Shown here: one piece after another, positions 1-11,864 of the stretch
Position numbering within the stretch: position 1 is the stretch's first letter
Layout of the letters: each line of letters begins with the position of its first letter
From: Octopus bimaculoides
Lineage: Eukaryota
Assembly (NCBI RefSeq): GCF_001194135.2
Contig: NC_068987.1
Location: 48,162,978 to 48,226,624, forward strand
Direction: 5' to 3'
DNA: 63,647 bases
Translations under genes and position numbers: made by a program
The notes under the pieces: generated by a model
Told to the model about the DNA's origin: nothing
The model's database searches: none
The model's input: only the letters and a program-made list of their open reading frames with translations

Positions 1-223
1 AAAAAAAAAAAAAAAAAAAAAGCATTTTATGGTGATATTTAAAATAAATTCGAAAAAAAAAAGAATATGTAATTAGTAATCTAAACTTGCAAGTACTCGA
101 AAAATCGTTAGCAAGAAGAAAATGCTTTGCTAGTTTCAAAATTAAAAAAAAAAAATTCTCCCACGCGGTACGTTAAATTAACTTAAATGAAACGATGTTA
201 AAAACGAAAAAAAAAGACCTTAC

Positions 224-301
224 CAGAAATTCAATCCTGCCTTTCGGTTCATTTTTAATGCTAATATCAAAATAGCATTTAGTTGTACCCTTATCAGTCA
301 T
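224..301 (-). CDS. Cyclophilin-type PPIase, first coding exon (rest of gene runs off the window start); possibly Cyp40/PPID-like
   Basis: ATG at 301-299 gives MTDKGTTKCYFDISIKNEPKGRIEFL, then a GTAAG donor at 223. Matches the cyclophilin N-terminal pattern (C/V)(Y/F)FDI.I...P.GRI. CpG-containing, TATA- and HSE-bearing DNA lies upstream. The paralog cannot be fixed from 26 aa. Confidence 0.75.
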
Positions 302-403
302 TTTGGTAAAGAGCGAGCGACAGAAATGACGGAAAATGATTGAACTTTGAGAAGCGAACACTGCAAAGGTTCAACGGTAATTGGTTGCAACAGTGACGAC
401 GCT

Positions 404-414
404 CTATTTATATA
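404..414 (-). promoter_or_regulatory. TATA box of the cyclophilin gene
   Basis: Minus strand reads TATATAAATAG about 105 bp upstream of the ATG and directly downstream of an HSE. Confidence 0.7.
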
Positions 415-419
415 GAGCC

Positions 420-444
420 GTTCGGGAAGTTTCTATTATGTTCT
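420..444. promoter_or_regulatory. Heat-shock element (proximal)
   Basis: gTTCg gGAAg tTTCt attat gTTCt: three perfect alternating nGAAn pentamers plus a fifth-position TTC, 6 bp from the TATA box. Confidence 0.75.
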
Positions 445-839
445 ATCGGCTTAAATTTCGTCTCTTTCCTGCATATTATTCATTTCAAATTAGTTCCGAT
501 TCTGAAGACCTTGTAAAATACATTTCTTTTATTAATTAAATATGATTTTATAATCGGTAATTTTATTTCAAAATAGGAACTATTTTGTTTAGCGTAGCTT
601 TTAGTTAATTCGGTCAGTTGGCGTGCTGGATGTCCTCAGCAGACAAAATGTTGACCCTGTATCTCTTATAATGGTTGCTGTGTAACAAATCATTAATTTC
701 TTTTACGAAAAAAAAAAATTCACAAGTTAGCAATATAAGAGTTATGTTATATATATACACACCTACATATGTTTGATTATTAATTCCAGAGCACTATATA
801 AAAAATCAAAGTATATAATTATTTCATCGCATATTATGC

Positions 840-864
840 ATTCGAGAAATTTCCTCGTGCTTCT
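840..864. promoter_or_regulatory. Heat-shock element (distal)
   Basis: aTTCg aGAAa tTTCc tcgtg cTTCt: same TTC-GAA-TTC-gap-TTC layout as the proximal element. Confidence 0.6.
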
Positions 865-2157
865 TTATTAGAAGAAACCACTTCAGCCTTTATATAATTC
901 GTTTTACGTTCTAAAAATATTTCCATATCGAAGCTATTAACGATTAACAGTGGTAATCATACAATCAGAAATGAAAACCTAGTTGCCGCTTAAATAGCTC
1001 GTCGCCGGTGTCTTTACTGTTCCACGTGTTATTGGTTCCCTATCACTATGAATTTAAAATTAGTAGAACAGAGGTCGCAGGGAAAGTTATGAGATTGATG
1101 CGTTTTTGCAAAGGAGCTTTAGCAATGAATGGAGTGAAAAAGAAATAACTACTAAGAAGAATTATAAACCATCATTGAAATGTCTACGACAAAGAATCGA
1201 CTTGACAGCATTTATTTCCCTCTACTTCAATTTGAAGTATTTAATAAATTATGCAAAATATGAATTGTTTTAAGTTAAAGTTGTAGGTTTCATTAAATCA
1301 TTGAAAAGAAAAGGTATTTCATTCATTGTGGTCACACTGCCTTTGTGGAGAGATTGTTGGTGAGGAAAGTGAATTCATGGAACTAACAATGAAAGAAAAC
1401 TGAGGGGCATTTTAAACCATCGTATGACAGGGATGGTAATTAAAACCTCGACGGAAGAAATTATGTGGTCGCTGCACGAGAAAGTGGAATGTGCTTCAAT
1501 CACACGATTATCTTAAGGAAAAACACGAACAATTTAGTTTTTATATAAATTTTCTAGGAAAAGAAAGGCGGGTGATTATGACTGGAATTTCTGTTCCATG
1601 GTCTGCTAGTTAAATGCGGATATAGACTAAAACAACAATAGAATCTATTTCAGTACTGTCAGAATTATTACTACTAGAATGTGCAGGAAATCATCACACT
1701 GGCGACATGATTGTCTATCGCTGAATAAAAGTGCAGAAGGAAGGGAAGGTCAATTTCACTTATTTCCAATTCTTTATTATAGAAAATAGGCTTATTTCTC
1801 AGATTCAGAAAATACCTAGGGCTGAAGGGAACGTAAATGGTCTATGTTAGCAAAAAGGGGTTACTGTTTGTAAAATATGATCGTCGCTCGTGGTAGAAGG
1901 GAATTTTGATGTTGCACTCGGTCTCTTTATTCTTCCATATGATTTGAAAATATTTTTCATTCCGTATACATGGGTGTGTTCGTTTATAATATATCTATTC
2001 ACTGTATATGTATAAATGCGTAATGTACAAATATATATCATGCATATCGCCCAAAGATATATCTATATCTATATACAAATATATGTATATATGTCTATAT
2101 ATATATATATATATATATATAATAATATTGGGGATAAAATCCAAAATTACAGGTAAA

Positions 2158-2257
2158 NNNNNNNNNNNNNNNNNNNNNNNNNNNNNNNNNNNNNNNNNNN
2201 NNNNNNNNNNNNNNNNNNNNNNNNNNNNNNNNNNNNNNNNNNNNNNNNNNNNNNNNN
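2158..2257. other. Assembly gap (100 N); other gaps at 26911-27112, 30194-30203, 33992-34240, 35181-35280 (100 N) and 35732-35765
   Basis: Runs of N in the sequence. Confidence 1.
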
Positions 2258-2771
2258 ATATATATATATGTATATATACATATATATATATGTATATATA
2301 TACATATGTATATATAGCTGGACTGGCTCTTGTGCTGGTGGCACATAAAATACACCATTTTGTGCGTGGCCGTTGCCAGTACCACCTGACTGACCTTCGT
2401 GCCGGTGGCACGTTAAGGCACCCACTACACTCTCGGAGTGGTTGGCGTTAGGAAGGGCATCCAGCTGTAGAAACTCTGCCAAATCAGATTGGAGCCTGGT
2501 GTAGCCATCTGGTTCACCAGCCCTCAATCAAATCGTCCAACCCATGCTAGCATGGAAAGCGGACGTTAAAAGATGATGATGATGACATATGTATATATAC
2601 ATATGTATATATATATATATACATATGTATATATATACATATGGTATATATATATATATATGTATATGTATATATGTATGCATATATATATGTATATGTA
2701 TATACGTATATTATATGTATATTATGTATGCGTATATATGTATATACGTATATTATATGTATATATATATA

Positions 2772-3127
2772 TGGCCGTTATATTGACGACTGTATCAGTG
2801 TCACCTCACTCTCCCGTGAACATCTAGACTCGTTCCTCTCTTTTGTCAAATCCTTCCATCCTGCCCTCCACTTCTCCCGCACTATCTCTGACACCTTTGT
2901 CTCCTTTCTTGACATTTCGGTCACATTCATAACTCGACTCTTACCACCTCCATCCACTACAAACACACAGACTCACACTCTTATCTCAACTTCTCCTCCT
3001 CCCACCCTAAAAACACCAAGCTCTCTGTCCCCTATTCCCAATTCCTCTGTCTACACAGGCTCTGTAGTGACAACCATGACTTTGAGACTCAGTCTCAACT
3101 CATGGCTTGCCACTTCATCCTACGGGG
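2772..3127 (+). mobile_element. Penelope-like element RT fragment (frameshifted)
   Basis: [10 protein letters not shown]...FHPALHFS...VSFLDI. Next frame gives [11 protein letters not shown] and PYSQFLRLHRLCS, typical of PLE RT/thumb. Confidence 0.8.
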
Positions 3128-4504
3128 ATAGAATTTATTTATATATAATTAAGGTTGAAGTGTTTTTGATCGTATAAGTCTTTTCAATCAGGATTGAATC
3201 TGGAAAAACAACAAAATAATCAGGCTCTTATATGATATTAGAAACAGCTGGATAACAATGATGATACAACATGGTTTCATTGCTGCTCCTCAACGTCTAA
3301 ACACTACATAAGAGTGTGTAGTACACTAATGGTTACAAACAAATAGAAATATAGTATGCCCGTGTTGTGAAATCTGTGGACTACCTCCAAACATTCAGTC
3401 ATCTATCTCCAAACCACAGATCTGTTTAAGCAAAATCTGTTCATTACTAGGCACTGATATAAATCAATTAGGTGAAATATCAGGTGGCACCTCTTAATAT
3501 GAAAAGTACCAATTGCACAGAACCTTTGTAAATATTCATTACAGTCATACTTAGAGATATTGCGCTGTGTTGCTTTATATTTGCCACTGCATGTAGTTTG
3601 TTTCTGACCTATTTTCACTTCTTGTAATCATTTTTATTCTGACCAGTAATTTGGTTAGTGTCATCTGCTAAGTCTTCAACAAGGAACTCAGATTACATTT
3701 GTAATATAAATATGTATAACAGTAATACAAATGATAAAAATGAAGCTTCATCATTCAAAGAGAAACTAATATTTCTGATATTTTTAAAGATGGAGAGAAG
3801 TTGAGATGTGTTTGCTCTCCAATTCTCCTTTTGTTAAAATTCCTTCTCTTAGATTTGAACTTTCTCCCAATGGCACTCCTTTCCTAACTAAAATTCCCTC
3901 CTTGAGAACCAAGTGTTTCCTGTTTGAGGATCACTACTCTGTACTCTAAGTTCAAATCCTATCACAGTTAACTCTTCCATTTACCTACTCAGATTGAGCA
4001 TTATAAAATGTTTACTTATAATATATATTTTGAAGATCAATTAATTTGACTAGATCCACTCTCTCTTATAAAAATTGGCCTTGTAAGGGGACTGCAAAGA
4101 ATACCCAGTTTACCATTCTTGATAAACATTTCAACAGCAAATGCATGACCCAAATCATGATGGTAACTGAAAAAATAAAAAATAAAAACAGAAGCTACAT
4201 GAAGAAACTGTTGCCCCCTACCTAACTTCATTAGTTCTACACCAATGGTCATGTATAAAACATGAAAGGTTTTTCTGCTGCACTTGATACTTGGTCAAAT
4301 GAAATATTCAAATATTCTCACAACAGATTAACAGCTTCTATAGCAAGGATAACACGTTGGCATGTTTAACAATAGTTATGTTTGGTGTATCCAATTATGG
4401 TAACAATTACTATTCATTCAAGTACTAATAATTGTTTTTAACTGTAACAAATTAATTGTTTCTCACTTTTTTCTTTTCTTTTTTCCTTCTGTTTCTGTTT
4501 TTAG

Positions 4505-4608
4505 CTGTCATTCCTGGGGGGAATTTAGCCGAGATGTGCATGCAGATCAAGCGAGCCATTGATGCCGAACAGAAGAAAGGAATCTATGTTGCTACCAGTG
4601 CTTGTTAA
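4505..4608 (+). CDS. DLG5: DLG5-like terminal coding exon, on the opposite strand from the rest of the gene in this assembly
   Basis: Long polypyrimidine tract plus AG at 4503-4504, then (A)VIPGGNLAEMCMQIKRAIDAEQKKGIYVATSAC-stop. Resembles the recalled DLG5 C-terminus GVIQGGALSSICTQILAMVNQEQNKVLWIPACPL. G + CT restores an Ala codon with exon 36672-36781. Confidence 0.88.
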
Positions 4609-5511
4609 AAAGTTCAACTTCATAAAATTAAATTCCTATTTTTAATTGCTGACCATTCATCTTGCCCCTTATATACTTTTGGATTTACAGGGGATCAAAC
4701 TTCAATATATTATACAACCATCTTCAGCCTTCATTTCAACAAACATTTATCTTAAAACAATTAAAGAAATATCAATGTATTAGGCCTGTGCACATTTTCC
4801 CTCGTCTCCTTCCCATGAATTTGTAATCAGAACATTGTTCACTAATAGATTGTGTATATGTATGTCCCCTTTCAACATTGAAATTTTCGATGCCTTTCAT
4901 TACATTACCAATCTGTCTAAAAGTGAACAAAAGAGAGAATCTGTTTCCATTTTATTCTCCAGTTGCCTTATCAATCAGAATATACAACACACTATGAAAA
5001 GAAACTGTGCAAGAAGGCTTATAGAACTGCTTCTCCCATTTTAAAAATTTTCTTTTCTTTTCTTTTTGGAAGATCAAGGAGTCTGTTTAGAATTTCAAAT
5101 CTGTTAGTATTATTTGCAAGAAGTTTGTAAATAATACATTTTAAAGTTTTTTTTTTGTTTTTTTTTCTTCCACCAAATTTATGATTTTTTTTTTTTTTAC
5201 ACTTTATGATTTCAACCAAAATTTCAACTGTGATAACTTATAAGATTCTTGCACTTAAAATGTGACAACTTTGAAGTATTTCTGGTTGTAATTTAAAATT
5301 CTATTTGTAATCAAAGTTCAGAGGCTGAAATTCTATTCTTTTATCAATATAAATTGTTAAATTTTGATGTCATTTGAAATATTTGCATCTTTATTTTTTT
5401 TTTTAGGAAAAAAGGCAAAAATTTTGTACTCATATTGCTTTTATTGAATAGAATTCCAGCTTCCAATTAAAATGTGGTACGGGTTCTTTATGGTAATTAA
5501 GTATGTGTGTC

Positions 5512-5554
<43 letters not shown>

Positions 5555-7985
5555 GTATGGAGAAATGTATATATAAAAATAGAAAGTGCATTTGCAAGTT
5601 TGAGAAAAACATGCTTAATACAAAACTTTAAGCCAAGACTTCACAGTGAGTTACTTTGTGTTGGTATTCTGTTAAACTTTGACTAGTAGCAACATGAAAC
5701 TTAAAGTAACTTACTATGGAATCTTTGGTTACCAAGATATTTGAAAAGCCCCAGTTGTCCTTGCTGAAATGATTATGCAAATTCAGAATCATGGGAGCAA
5801 ATATTTTACATGTTTATTGCCCTTCTTAATGCCATCCAATCAACAAAGAAATGAAATTTACATATTTTTAGTTATGTTGGCTTAAATAAGAAACATGTCT
5901 TACCTTGTGTTCAATGTTAATGAAGTTTGTACTCACAAAGAATGTTGCCCAAAACTTGAAGCACACAGCTTTTTGAAAAAGGAAAATGAACAACAGAAAG
6001 AATTTTTTTTTTTCATGTGATTGCACCATTTGTTTCACTTTATTTGGTTAGTTTACCAAAATAAAACTTGTCTTTTTTTTTCTTTTTTTTTTTTTCAAGT
6101 AATTGTCAGTTTATTTGCTTTGTGGCCAAAAATACATCAGTAAAATTATTTGACTTTCTCAACTATCAATAGCTAAGCAATATTCCTAGCTTGTTTTCAC
6201 CCTGATTCAGATATAATCTGTAGACCAAGATTGGCATTCTTGATGTTTCATCGTTTAACATTTGCTTTAAAAAAAAAATGAAAAAAAAGGCATGCTTACT
6301 TCTTGTATTTGTTACTTTACAGTTTTTTATGTGTTGATGTTATTTCAAGTTTGCAACTTTCATCTTTGAGTTGATTCTATAAAACTCTGTGTTTTGATTG
6401 TTTTACTTAAAATTGATTGGTGAAATACTTTCATCTGAGAAAATTTTCTATCTGCTCTAACTGATTTCATTAACTAGAATGGTGTTTTGAGGAAATGCTG
6501 GCACATAATTCTTTGAAGTCCAGAAAACTTGCCACATGTTGATGATTAGCAGATGTGAACTGAATGTATTGTAATTAACATCTGGAGAAGAAAGATTTTA
6601 GTCTATCACTAACCAATTGGGTTGAGTTTTGAATGAGGGTGGAATGGTTAATGAAATGCTTTTTAAATATCAAAGTAAAAAATTATTATAAATAAATTAT
6701 ATTTTTGAATAGATATTAAGTGTTATTTGAGAATTTTTTTAAGGTTAAAATTTAGTAGAATTTATTTTACATAAGCATGATATTAGGACATGTTGCCTTT
6801 CTGTCAGAATTTTTCCTTGTGAAGAAAATTTCTGAGTAGTTAATATTCTTTGATTTCACAAGTTTTATTCTTAGTCTGAAAAGCTACTTGAAGTTAACAA
6901 ATCTGTTCAGTTGTTTTTAATGGTCATCTTTATAATACAGTCCCCTGTATTATTGATTTGGATCTTGTCAGTGATTAGTAATGCAAGTTATAAAGAGCAC
7001 TTCAATTGCAGGCCCTTTCCATAATTTTGTAAAAGTCTTTACTTTAAAGAACTATGTTGTGCTGAAAAGTTCCAATAATGAACATTACTTTCCCAAGATA
7101 AAATTCAATATTAGGAGCATTGCAGGCAGTAATACAGTAGAGATTTTACAGTCAGTAGAAGTAGAACTGTGACTAGGATAATGGACTAACAAAATTGCAG
7201 GAGCCTTTTACAAAGTCCTGAACAAGTGGGAAAAATTATCTCAATTTCTAAACATCCATTTTTTGTTAATTCAAATGTTAAATTTACTGTTAAATGAAAA
7301 TATCAAAAAATTTCTTATGCTTAATTTCTTATCTATCAATCAAGCATAAAAAATGAGTATATAGATTTTTTTTTATATATAATTAGAATTGAAGAACTAC
7401 TTAATATTTTTTTTTTTTTTAGATTTAACTTGTTTATCAACATGTGTGCTCATACACACACAACTGGTACTAGTTTTTTTTTTCTTTTGTCTTTAATTGG
7501 ATTGGTCTGGTGGAAGCTGTTGTACCCTTGACATTTGCAGACCCTTTTTATCTTAGCATAATTTATACAAATAGAAATTGTTGTACAGTAATGGCTGATT
7601 TCATAAGACAAGCTGTTAATCCTAGCTAGAAGTATGTCAGATACTTTGTTCCTCCTAATCACACTCATTGAATTGTGAAATATCAAATGTAACCAAGTAA
7701 AATTATCTTATGAGCTGAGAAACATATGCACAGTTTGTTAGTGAATTGCATTAAAAGACTTCTTCATTTTGCTAACTCAACCCACTTTTATAGAACTCTT
7801 CACTTTACTGAATCCACAAGATTAAAGTGTCAAGCTCACTTTCCCTATGGACACTTCATGTATATTTAATGTATAAAGGCATGTTCAATCACTTTGTGGT
7901 TGATCATGGACTTAGACTTATAATGTGGGCAGTCCTCTGTTGATAAAACTTTTTCCAAAATTTGCTTGTTTTATCAAAACTTTCT

Positions 7986-8202
7986 TTAACTCTTTGGCAT
8001 TTAAACCAGCCATATCTGGCCCAGCTATTCCGTTTTATATTCAAACCGACTAGATCTGGCCTCTCACACCTACCCTACATTCTAAAAATAAGCTGTCATA
8101 TCATCAAAATCTTGAAGCTACAGATAATGTATGATTAATTCAAAACAAATATATAAAGAAGCATTACATTTGACAGAATAATCTGAGTGCTAATGGGTTA
8201 AT
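7986..8202. mobile_element. piggyBac-type MITE; second copy at 29139-29362 in opposite orientation
   Basis: TTAA at both ends, CCC/CTC..GGG termini with short TIRs, no ORF. Confidence 0.65.
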
Positions 8203-8239
8203 ACTTTTTTTTTCTGAAAGAGAAGACCATGCCCAAGTC

Positions 8240-8500
8240 TTTGCAAAGCCTCAAAGATTAATAAGATTGATGCTGTTGATCTTCGACTAAACCCTTAGAA
8301 GTTAACATGTGCAGGGAGAGAAATCCAGAGAGTGACACTCTGGGAAAGAAAGGACTGGATATAGTGGTTAGTGAGGAACCTAGTGGGTGGATATTATATG
8401 GGTGAAGAGGTACAGAGAGATAAAGGGTTTGGGTGTGCCTGAGTAGAGGTGTCATAAGACCAGCCATCTCCATGGGGTAGTGGTCCCTGTGGTACTAGTT
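8240..8500 (-). mobile_element. CR1/L2-type LINE 3' fragment
   Basis: TNHYIQSFFPRVS resembles the SFFPRT...WN.LP C-terminal motif. Confidence 0.55.
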
Positions 8501-8729
8501 GAAAAGGCAGTGGAAAATGATCTGTACATCCATGGGCCAGAGATTGGGAGTATTTGTAAGTAATTTTAAAGCATTAACATTTTTGTATTTTTATATTCAG
8601 AGATACACATATATTGCTTGTGTGTGTATGTATACATCTAAGAGCAACCATATAAGGTCGTACTTATATTTTACATATATATTTTATATATATATGCATA
8701 TTTTTATATATATGTATATTTAATATATA

Positions 8730-8784
<55 letters not shown>

Positions 8785-10842
8785 CCTGAGATTTAGGGGA
8801 GAATACAAATAGAATACTAATAGAAATTGAACTTCAGCAACACAAATAAACCTGCTCCAAATGACAGCGAAAGCATATGATTCAGAGACCTGATTCACTC
8901 AGATCATATCTTCCTATTGCTTTTCACATTACTGTGATAAATGTGATAAAGATACTGCATAGTTAAGACTTAAATACTGACTTGGAAATCTGAAAAGTTA
9001 GCAGCCTTTTAATCATTGGGCTGAAGTATTAATTTTAATGATTTAAATGTTTCTCTTATTTTCCTTACTCTTACAATTTGAAACACTATTTGAGTTTCAG
9101 GAAGGTCATAAGGCAAACAGCACTGTTTGTTTCAATACATGATTTCACATCAAGAATCTTGCAAACCAAATGCTAAAACCATTTGAGTCAATTCCTTAAA
9201 AAGTTAAAGAATACTGCTGATAAAAAAAAAAGCAGTTGCAAACAAAAATATTTGGTTCACACAAGTTGAGCTGTTTTGTTGCAACAAATTACCATTGATT
9301 CCTTGAGATTTAGCCCATCTGTCACATTTTCATCCAACCCTTATTTGAAATTCCACTGCTGAAGTATTATTACATTTTTTGCCCTTCAATTTACTCAAAT
9401 ATGTATAACTTTTGAAATATATTTAAGTGGCATAACCAGCCTTACATGTATATTATTACTATGGCACACTGTTGCTGTTTACTTTGAAAGATATGATCAA
9501 GTGGTTTCTCATTGTCCTCTCCAAGTAGTCATGAGAATTGTGGTGGACATTACTCATAGAATGGAAGTGAAATAGCTTCTCTTGACCAGGTTCTAGGTTT
9601 CGTCTGCTGGAGGCATATCTTCAGCACTACAGTACTTACTTTAACTTTTTACCCTTTATAATATAATAGTATTTCTTTTCTGAAGGTATAGGACCTGAAA
9701 TTGATTTTAAAGATATGGAATTAAATGTTTTTGATGCCTTTTCCAAAGAAAGTAATACTGTAAATGAAGTGAAACCATTCTCACAGAAAATTGGATTCAG
9801 AACATGGTTTCAAGAACTTTACTTACAAGTAGTGATTATTATGAAGATGATTGATTTATTAGTAAAGATTCCATTCTTGAAAATTGCTGAAATCTTTTAT
9901 TGTGATAGCTTAATCAGTTTTTTTTTAATGATGTGAGAACGAACCAATATTTTGAAGAAGGTTTGAAAGTAAAACAATACAATAGAATCTGAAGTAACCA
10001 ATGGTGGTCTGCATTGACAAATAGTTAAAGCTAAATGGTTACAAAGTGAGAATAAGTTAGTTGGCTTTGGGGAAGGGACCAGGTTTGACATTTCAGGTAG
10101 GACCTTCAAGTTGAAGATTTGGTTGTGTAATTTATAGGATGTGTAAGGTTAAGCAGTCTCTTTTGCAACAACAAACATCTGCTGTACATTGTTGAAAGTT
10201 ACAAAGCAACTATCGAAGAAGTATCCAGCATGTAATAGTGTATGCACATGTAAGAGGGAGTGATTGATTGTTTTACATGATCAGCAAGGGTTATTATTTC
10301 ATTTAGTGTTTTCTTTTTGCTAAACAAAGATTTTCATAAATTTTCTACTGATGAGAATCAGAAAAATACTGTCTTAAACTGCACTGCATATGCTAAAACA
10401 ATATGCATTATCATTCTGCTTAAAATTCCTTGACTCTGTGTGTGTATTACATGGTCCTAGTACAGGCTGAGCTATAAGACATATAGGCCACCACCCAAAC
10501 CTGCAGATGGTTAACTCAGTGCTAGAGCAGATGTATTTTGTTTTGAGTCTGGCAGCACCACAATATGTTTGGTAAAATAACCTACTTACAAAGTAGGAAG
10601 AGCTTTTGTTTATCATCATTGTTTTAACATCCACTTTTCCATACTTGCATGGGTCAGGCAGAATTCTCTGAAGCAGATTTTCTATGGCCAGATGCTTTCT
10701 TGTCATCAGCCTCCAACTGTTTCCAAGCACAGTTATATTTTGCTTTAACCAGGCATCTTTTGAGGTAAGATTGGAAATAAATGACATCACTTCTATGATG
10801 GTGATACGCATTCACATCTATGACATAATGTATGTGTGTGTG

Positions 10843-10887
<45 letters not shown>

Positions 10888-11702
10888 GATTTCATTAATT
10901 TTCTGCCAAATCCACTCACATGACACTGGTCAACTCAAAGCTGTAGGAGAAGACACTTGCCTTACCTAGAATGCCATACAGTGTGAGTGAATCCTGAAGC
11001 TATATGGCTGGGAAGCAAACTTCTTAACCACACACCTATTCCAGCACCTATTTGTGTGTGTTTGAAACAGGTATAGTTGGGTGTTTAAGATCTTCACTTC
11101 ACAATAAAGTGCTTTCAGATTAATCCTACTGCATGACACCTTGGATTGACCAAAGCTATGTGCATAAAATTTGGTAAATGGAAACTGTGCAAAAACCAGT
11201 CCTGCGTGTGTGATCTCTGTGTGTCATTGACCATATTTAGACATCATTGGCATTTGTTTATACTCCATATAGACACTATACTGCTTCTTTGTGGTTTGAC
11301 ATGGAAAAACTAGTGGAATAAATGATCTTACTTGAAAATAAATAAAGGTCGGTGTCAGAAAAGGAATCTGGCCTTACAGCCTTCCAAAATTTTATCTGAT
11401 CGATGCTAACATGGAAAAAATAGACTTACAAAACAATGATTATATACAGCCACACACATGCACTTAAGCATGTTAATTTAACATTATATTACATAATATA
11501 ATCTAACAGTATATTATATAATATAAATTAACATTATATTATATAATATAATTTAACATTATATTATCTTCATGTTAGAAATATTGCTGTCAACAAAACC
11601 TACTTCCAACCTTAAACTAAAGATACAAAGACACCCTACTCATAATTTTTTTGCTCTTATTTTTATTAGATGAAATCGTAAAATTACAGCCGGAAAAGTT
11701 GA

Positions 11703-11864
11703 GTTTTTTTTGTTATCCCTCTTTCTTCAGAGGAGGATGATCTTCATTCAAGTCCATGTTGGGTTGTTGGTGCACTTGAAGGTGGCTAATGAGTCCAATT
11801 TGGGTTCTTTGTGCACTCGAAGGTGACCAATGAGTCCAATCTGGGCTTTGAAGGATCTTCTGAA
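11703..11864 (-). mobile_element. Short 3' end of an RTE/BovB-like LINE with A-tail
   Basis: Minus frame RSFKAQIGLIGHLRVH (RTE C-terminal His motif), short 3' UTR and A8 tail, flanked by ~100-bp direct repeats. Confidence 0.7.

Noticed and set aside
1021-1036. CACGTG next to ATTGG, suggestive of an ER-stress element
   Set aside because: Order and spacing fit neither ERSE (CCAAT-N9-CCACG) nor ERSE-II (ATTGG-N-CCACG).
1995-2827. ORFs rich in IY/YI/CV/HT repeats here and at 15835-16129, 32531-33164, 33837-34284 and similar sites
   Set aside because: They are translations of (TA)n/(TG)n microsatellites, or are held open by N-gaps, and are not proteins.
4037-4252. Possible extra exon just upstream of the DLG5 terminal exon
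   Set aside because: No frame matches GK sequence, and the penultimate exon is already accounted for at 36672-36781.
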